64,000 nucleotides of DNA from Diadema antillarum (lineage: Eukaryota): NCBI RefSeq assembly GCF_040938485.1, contig NW_027271603.1, positions 62,001-126,000 on the forward strand, in the 5' to 3' direction. Both the position numbers and the translations under genes were made by a program. Numbering within the stretch: position 1 is the stretch's first letter; each line of letters begins with the position of its first letter. The notes under the pieces were generated by a model. The model was given only the letters and a program-made list of their open reading frames with translations. It was not told the DNA's origin and searched no databases. This document shows, in pieces, positions 56,086-64,000 of this stretch.

Positions 56086-56660
56086 CTGTATCATGAGTCA
56101 TACAAGGTCTTTTCTGCATGTGTAGCTTCTCCAATGTGCTATGCCAAACATTCATTCTCACGGAAGGGGAAAATTGCCAAATTGTGGACAGACCCTTTAA
56201 AAAATCCTGCTCGCGGGGCATTCATTGATGATTTAGGCTTGCATAATCTTGTTTTCTCGCTGGAGCTTCAAGTAGCATTAATGAGGCAGTGAGGAGCCGT
56301 TGGGGAGATCAATGGGAGAGGGAGCGCGCCGCAAGATTCCAGAGTTGTCCCCCGATCATGTGTCTTTTCGTTTGCAATCCCAAGTGTGACACGCCTTCCT
56401 CCATCATCTGTGCAGTGGTGTGACGCAGTCTGTGGTTGAGAGGACATCGTCACTTCAAGCATCGCCAGAAGATAAATTCAAGAATTTTGGGGTTGCACAT
56501 AAAGATTGGCTAGTCGTTTTGGATATCCCGTACTTAAAATTTGTTGAAATCATAGATGTTGCCGTGGAGAAGTGGTTGTGTTTGAGTCGAGTGTGCTAAG
56601 GCATCCATGAATCGCCGGCCTTACATCTGATCAGCGGGCAAAGAGTGAGCTTGTTCCATC

Positions 56661-56749
56661 ATGGCGGAGATTCAGGGTGTGGATGACAGAGTGAGCTGCT
56701 TGGAGATGTTTCAGTGTATTGGTGACGATGGAACGTCCGCAGAAACCAG
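56661..56749 (+). CDS. RALA: Putative upstream coding exon of Ral (MAEIQGVDDRVSCLEMFQCIGDDGTSAET-R)
   Basis: ccatcATGG Kozak in a GC-richer region; CAG|gtaata donor is phase 2 and joins 61,975 in frame, with no stop before the canonical ATG. Confidence 0.55.
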
Positions 56750-59352
56750 GTAATAACCAGATGAAACAACCTCACTCTTGAAATCCCTCTTACAGCATGC
56801 AGTGCACTTGAAAGTCCAGTCTGGAATCTGATGGTCGATGCATTGTAAATATTCATTAATGCGGCAAGGCAGAACAGGTGGGATGAAATTGCATGTAGCA
56901 TTCACTTGTACATGTACATTTGTACAACATGTAAACTGTACTGTGTGTTTAAAATGTTTGATTTTGTTTGACCTTCCCTTGGGGATATTCTGTGGCTGAA
57001 TGAGCCACATACTCATACGTGGATGGCAGCAACATTTAGCGAGAGTATGTGTGATGATAAATTTTTGATTACATGACTAGTGTCATGGATAGTAGCAGCA
57101 TTCGTACAGTGTAGTATCACCAAAGGCAGAACAGATATGATTTAGCTTGCATGTTAGATTGTATGCATACAAGTATACATTGTAGTAGACATGTTCATTG
57201 TCTTGATGGGCCATTTCTATTGGACATGTCCTCTTACACTGGGCCTGTATATTTGCTAGACATTGCTAATTGAAATATTTAGTTGTATAGGTACCATATT
57301 AGGTTGAATAGGTAATTATCAAGAAATCTTGATGTCATTTAATTACTACATTGTATGTGTATATTGACTAGTCCCATGTATATGCTTTGCTTGCTGGTGT
57401 GATTGCACAACTTTTTCTCCTTGGGAGAAATGCTGTACTGGTTTACAATCATATCAAATCAATTAAATTTCCTTTCCGGTGGCAGTTCCCATGTGATGAA
57501 TTCATTCTAGTGAGGAAATTAGCAGAATGTGTGAATGTTTGAATTGCTTAACATGTTTTGTGAGTGTTCTGAAAGGAAAGTCATCCTGAATCAGATGTAC
57601 AATGTAATGTAGTATTGAATTCATAGGGTTTGTATCAAATGCACGGATGTATTTTGTCTTGATTGTAGTCCTGGGTGGTGGCTGGGACTTGCACCAAATA
57701 TGGCGAGGAATTTTAGTATTTTGGGGTTTGTCAGGGAGGGGGGAGGAGGGAATATTGTACGTACCGGTCTGTATTTAAATAGTCTGGGTGGGTCAGGAAT
57801 ATACCAGGATTTGTTTTGGGGAATGTCTCTGCCGTAGTCGTCTACAAGGGCAAGGTAAATGTGCATTTATCTTGTCCAGGTGTGGTTGGGAACAGGGAGA
57901 AATACATTTCAGTGTCTGAAGTACTGCCTAGCCTGTTTGGGACTTGGCTGGAGATTTCTATTACACAAATATGCCTTGGCCTTTCGGGGACTTGACCGAG
58001 ACTTGGCCGGGTAATGTAACATCCTAAAAATGCAACTCAGTACAAGTCCCAGCCATAGTATGCAAAAGTGTATTGTATTATGTGATGAACTGGATAATCT
58101 GATGTATAATATAAATGCAGTTATTATTATTATCATTGTACCTTTTTACCTTTTCTATTTTCTATTTTCTTTAACATTATTGTGGAGAGAGCAGCAAGCA
58201 TTTGGAGTAGTTTGTAACTACAGCTGTAGATGTATAGAGCTGTGTGAGAAATAATTATTATTATTATTAAATTTATTATCATTATTATAGGCTGGATAAC
58301 ATTAAGGTGTTCTTCACGTTATGTCTCGATGTTCAAGTACATTTCAGCTATTAGTATAAATGAATAAAATGGCATATCATTTAAAACACGTACATGCACA
58401 CATTTACATGTAATGATGTGCAATGCCCTCAGAATTATGTTTAGGTACATGTATGATTACGTAAGTTTGGAGAATATTCCAATGGGGTATAAAGTATTTG
58501 ACATATTTCTTCATGCTCATACAGTGTGTTACTTGTGTTTCCATTCAAATGTCTTCATATTCATAGGGTAGCTCTTTCTTAAAATATTCAAATTTGTTTG
58601 TTCCTCTGATGTGACATGATGACATCATTTCTAAACAGATCATCTTCTTGAAGTGGTGACTCTTTATGACAGTAGCATTATACATGTAATGCATGTTTAC
58701 AATGTTATGCTTGCAAGTTTGTTTTTGTTGCAATGTTTATATGATATTTGAATGCCATGCAAAAATAAAAAGAAGAAGAATCAAGTACATGTAAGGTAAA
58801 ACAGTAGCCAAAAATTAGCAATGAGCTTCATGTTCCAGTGAACATCTCGACAATTTTATTTTTACATTCTGTTCCCTGTACTTGGGTGCACAATGCCATT
58901 GGTACAGTTGTATTAAAGTGTATGACTGCATGCATTGTGTGCATCAAATATGTGGCCAAGACTAGAAAGGTGACTGCAGCGGAGTTTGTCAGAAAATATT
59001 TGCAGAAACTTGGTAACTATCATGGGACTGGCTGACCAAAGTCGCTGAGCATTGTGAGAAGTGCCCCTGTAAAAACCCCAGAGAACATCAAGGCAACTTT
59101 CAGAGAGGGATGGGGGGGGGGGGGGGGGGGGGGGGGGAGGGGCTAGAGCTATAGAATTTTTCTTTACACAGCATTGATTGGCCCACGTATGGAGACTGGA
59201 GTTGCCTAGTCTGTAGGGACAAGCGAAGTACCAGGTACTGATTTTTTTTTCTTTTTTTTTTCAGAGAGGAAAATGCAGTGCATGCTGTGCTATTTTTTCT
59301 TTGTGTCAGAAGCACATCCTAGATACAATTAATTGTCAAATCGTCACTTTAA

Positions 59353-59448
59353 CCCGTTGAGGACGAGTCCCGAGTATACAGACATTGTACTTGGGCAAAC
59401 GTCTATGGGAAATGCGTGTTGTAGCAAACTCAAACCGTCCTCAACGGG
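59353..59448. mobile_element. 96-bp piggyBac-like MITE
   Basis: TTAA|CCCGTTGAGGACG ... CGTCCTCAACGGG|TTAA; perfect 13-bp TIR and TSD. Confidence 0.88.
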
Positions 59449-61478
59449 TTAATATTGTTGAGAGAAATAGTATTATTCATGGTTTATTGCAGTTGTTACT
59501 ACATAGTACATGTAGTAGCTGCTGAATTGCTCACAATTTAACATCAGAATACTTGTACATGCATACAATGAATGTTAATGGAGTTGCATAGCAATACAAT
59601 TTCATAAACATCATATAATCACAAAATTACTGAACATTGCATAAGTCCCCCCATTATCTTCCCAAGTGTGTTTTTAGAGTGGATTTTGTTTGAAAGCACA
59701 TTTTTTTATTTCAGACATTTTCATTAGACCATGATTTTGTAGATGTATCCTTGCATACACTAAGAGGGTGACTTCCTATCATATGCTGTCAGTGTTCTGG
59801 ATTACTGTACGTTGTGGGTGAGTGGCAATCAGTAAATGGTATTTGTTGCCAAACATTGCACTTTGCAGTGGACACTGTGCATGGGCAGTGTGTTCAGAGA
59901 AACTGTTTATCTGCAGGGACACTGCTGGGGAAAACTGAGGGAGCCCTGCAAGCTGCTTAACATGGGTCATTTTCACAGTACATGTGTACCAAGAAACCGT
60001 AATAAGAATCACGATTCTAGTGATGCATTCGCTCACTAGAATCACAATTCAAATGACGCATTTTGGCCGTGTGTATGCAAACTGGAATCACAGATATTGA
60101 TCTGAATCATATAATTCAAATAACGGTCCAGAGATATTTTCTAGTTATGATCGAAAATTATGGAATGAAATAGATGTGTGTGCGGATTGACTTTCTAAGT
60201 GTGTCTTTGGGGGCAGAGCTTACAGTGACCCTTCAACCAGTTCGGCATAAAAAAAAAATGTGCTCCTTACTGCTCAAGAGTGATTGGTGGGAACTCAGAA
60301 AGAAGCCACGCCTCCTTTCTTCGCTCTGAAATTCAAAACCACAGAATCCATGAAGCTTTCCTCAGTCGTATACATGGACAATAGTTTTAAGTATAAAGGA
60401 GTTTAATTGTAATCGTTAATTGTAGTTCAGCATTGCAATTATGTTTCCCAACCCATGTGAAAACGGTCATGGTAGAATGTTTGCTCTGTGATATACTGTA
60501 CATAGTGATTAGCCTTGGAGGAGTCATAAAGAATGTTTCATCCGCAGTGTTTGAAATGCTCTTGAGAATGAGTAAATGTCATGACAAGATGTTGAGGAAC
60601 TTGTACCAACCCATAAATGATGTTTCACTTGCAGAGGTTAGAACATTCCCAACAACAACAACACAACAAAGGTTGTCACTATGAGCCAGTCACAGCACTT
60701 AGAGTGTAAGTAACTTTGATACAGTAAAGATACCTGAATGGAGCATAAAATACATCTACACCTTGAATTTGACATGGTAGTAAGGCAATTTTTGCAACAT
60801 CACCAACATTTATAAGCCCACAGCTGCATGTACAGTTACAGCTAGCTAGCAAAGCACAACTACAAAGTGTATTTTCTGTGTTTGGACCATGTACATACAG
60901 TGAATACCCAAACTTAATGCCCTACCTTTCTTGTGTTCTGTTTTCTTGTTTGCCATTTTTTCTTTTAAAAAAATCGCACTCGGGATAGCCTTACAAATAA
61001 TGCAGTATCACATGATCATATTTATCCAATCGCTGATAGGTATTTGACTACCAGTAACCTACATCTACACAATGTACATGTAATTATATTCATTAATGAT
61101 ATTGTCAGTTCAAGGCCGATTTGAGACCAGCTGAGCAAAGTGTGTATATCATGCCACACCTCTGTCAGAGGCAAAAAGACCCTTGTCACTTGGATGAGCT
61201 CATGAAATGGAGGTTCCATGTGTGAGTCACAGCTCATGCATCAGAATGATCCCACTTTACTTCTGCAAAGTACAGAGTGCAGCCCCGACGACATGGTCCA
61301 TCACCCACACACGTATACAAACACACATAATAAACTGCTAAAGAGGTTGCCCAACGTACTGTAGCTAGCAATATTCAGCAAACCATATTGTATCAGCCAA
61401 GCGAATCGTGCCATGCCAGTGAAGAAATTTTAAAGTAAAAAGTGTACAGGAGCAGTGATGCTGTTGCATGAAAAATAG

Positions 61479-61880
61479 TTTTTAGCTCACCTGAGCCAAA
61501 TGGGTCTGGTGAATATTTCATGCTATGTCTGGCATCTGTCGTCTTTCATGCAATGTACGTTCTGCATTAAACCTTTGTACATTTTCATCTTTATGATGCT
61601 GCAAAACTAAAATTTGTGCGTGCGTAAAACTTGTGCATATTTTGTGAGGAGCCAGGATCAGTGAAAGTAAAATGAATGGGAAAGGTTCTGTCTATGCAAC
61701 CTATTGAATGCCAGTGACAATTTGTGAAAATTTAATAAATGCTGTGATAAAGGCTGTCGGCTCCTATTCATGAAAGTTTTATGCCACCAATATTTCAGAT
61801 TTTACAGTAATAGGGATCCGAATTTGACCAAGCTTGGCAAGAATCATCAATGAGGAAGGGGATCATACAGATTGTACCCA
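61479..61880 (+). mobile_element. Decayed HINE-like element interrupted by a CTGT...ACAG MITE (61,598-61,809)
   Basis: tttttagctcacctgagcc start; ttgaccaagcttggc..aatcatc internal motif after the MITE; the MITE interior resembles 14,512-14,675. Confidence 0.45.
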
Positions 61881-61974
61881 TGGGAATGTGTTGGATGCGG
61901 TCCAAATATTCCAAAATAACAATTTCCATAATTTTCCATAATTTTTTAATCTTTTCAATTTGTTCCACTTGAAG

Positions 61975-62155
61975 GAAGGGGTGGAATAATACCCAGGAAG
62001 AGAGCGATAGCGTGCCTCAGTCGACGCAGCCACAGCGCAGGGACCACAAGATGTCGAAGCCGAAGAATCAACAACTTCCACTCCACAAAGTGATCATGGT
62101 GGGGAGTGGAGGGGTGGGGAAGTCTGCCCTCACACTCCAATTCATGTACGATGAG
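61975..62155 (+). CDS. RALA: Ral GTPase exon with the canonical start (ATG 62,051; [35 protein letters not shown])
   Basis: The P-loop [24 protein letters not shown] is diagnostic of Ral; the donor GAG|gtatgt falls after YDE; acceptor cacttgaag|G. The rest of the gene lies beyond the window. Confidence 0.96.
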
Positions 62156-64000
62156 GTATGTACGTGGATTCCTCACTACTTTTTGCAGTCTGCTACCATA
62201 TTAAAGTGACTTATTAGCATTTAAATGGTACATGATGTATTCTTTTTTGAGTGTGAATTTGGTCCAGAAAAGTATACTTGGTGTACCATGAAATCACCTA
62301 CCTCCAAATATTCCACCATCGTGGGAAACTTTAAAAATATACTTGACTCATTAGTGCATGCACTGTAAAGCCTGTGAAAACCAGCTCATTACCTGAAATG
62401 GAAGTAAAAAAAGACAAAGAAAATTCCTGTTATACTGTTAAAATCAGTGGCAATGGAGCCGTAGAAGTTATGTAAAAACCCTCTCCAATATATTGGTAAT
62501 GTATGATATATTCTTTATGCAACTGCGAGGCTCTTTTCTTAATGAATATTTCAAGAGTCATACATATTGTCTAGCAAAATGACAAACGGCAGATGGATCT
62601 TATAAACCCTATCCCCTACCTCAACCCCATCCCCCCAAACACACACAAATGAATGAATAAAGGATGGGGATATGGTATTTGAAGACATTGTCATAATTTC
62701 GCCTGTCATCTGTTTCAGATTAACTTCTCTTTCAGTCTGTTAACTAAGAAGGACTGCCATTTTGACACCATTTTGAGTTGGTTTGACAGAATGTGTAATG
62801 CAAACTTACAGTAGTTTTCAAAGTGACCAGTGGTTAAGAGACTGAAACCTGAGGCAGGTCTACAGAAAAGCTCTGTCAACATTTGAAATTTTCTCAAAAT
62901 TCTGTGAAATCCCAAACCATGACCTGGGTCATATTGTGTTTTTTTTTTTTCCATGCAGCACTTGTGTTTAGTATTGCTAGCAGAATTCACAACAGGTCAG
63001 GGTACTTGTGGAAGAAAATGATTGATTTTTGACTGTGAGTGATGTGAATTCCATGCCATAATTCACAAGCGATGATATTGCTCTGGTAGTTGGGCATGTG
63101 GGTTGACCTTTTGTGCAATAGCCTGGTCTTTAGGGGTATGAAATATAAGAACTCTTGAGCCATTGAAAAAAAAAAAATGATTATAAGATGGCGATGAAAT
63201 ACTCTAGGTGACATTCACATGCCTCAAGCGGCATTGGATTAATTCTGACAGTGAAATTTGGTGAAAAACTGGTTGCTTGTATGCCTGCAGTCTGTGAGAA
63301 GTTATGATTTGCAATGTAGCCATTAAACAAAGCATTGGATAAGACATGCAGTACTGAAGTACGTAGTCAAAGTATTCATGATTTAATACTGAAATGTAGT
63401 GTGGTCCAGCATTATTGACTGCGTGCATTTGTAAATGGAGATTTGTTCCACATCTGATGGCTGCGGTAGGTGTGCTGATTTGAATTTTGCATTGATCTCG
63501 GTAGGTGGCCTTTAAAGTGTGGTGAGGCGTGGCACACCGAAGACGTCAGGAATTGCTAATTATGTGTGTAGGAGGTGAGACACTTAGCTGTCTTGCGCTA
63601 AAAGGAGTTCAGCATTTCACCCATTTCTGTTGGCTTGCTTGCCAGTAAACAGTGACGAACTAGACAGTTAAAATATCCCAGTGCACTTTGTGATATCAGC
63701 AGATTATTACTAATAATGGTATTCCCTGCTCTGACATGGAGGCAAAGTGGCCTTATTTGGCACAAAAGAAAAGAAAGAAAGTATAAAAAAGAGAATTTAT
63801 GCAAAGATGAAAAGGGTAGAAAATGAAAGTTACACAAAGTCCGAAGTAGATTTTACGAACAGCAACAAAATTCTACAAAGTGCCAAAGAAAAAGAGTTAA
63901 ATGAAGAAAAGTTGTCAGTCATTAGACATGTGACCAACAGTGGAGAAGTTATTAATTTGAGTGTGACTACAGACATGATCACAAAATGCTGATGATAGTA

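Noticed and set aside
63747-63992. Lys/Glu-rich 81-aa ORF as the next Ral exon
   Set aside because: The next Ral exon should begin FVEDYEPT. This is purine-rich intronic sequence with no recognised similarity.

Overview
This is eukaryotic genomic DNA from an invertebrate, probably a marine deuterostome such as an echinoderm; the taxon is inferred from repeat content and base composition only. Positions 1-36,825 (+) hold the 3' half of VPS13B/COH1: 27 exons, about 2,050 codons, with compatible splice phase at every junction, one GC-AG intron, and the stop at 36,823-36,825. The 8.9-kb intron between exons 24 and 25 is a nested stack. A TA-flanked non-autonomous TIR element (24,922-32,872) contains a ~71-bp minisatellite. 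That array is interrupted by a young, full-length DIRS1-type tyrosine-recombinase retrotransposon on the - strand (26,423-31,550), with gag, RT/RNase H, adenine methyltransferase and YR domains, perfect ITRs, an internal complementary region, and one 1-bp frameshift. Downstream there is a candidate uncharacterised - strand gene (first exon 44,373-44,429, possible second exon near 38.4-38.7 kb). The window ends with the 5' end of a Ral GTPase gene, where an upstream exon (56,661-56,749) appears to splice in frame to the canonical exon (61,975-62,155) and add 55 N-terminal residues. Introns and intergenic DNA carry many MITEs (TA-, TTAA- and TWA-type), a Helentron/HINE-like element, an RTE LINE 3' fragment, a tRNA-derived SINE, microsatellites and long poly-G runs. 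No rRNA, tRNA gene or CRISPR array is supported. All family assignments are by motif recognition; no database search was run.
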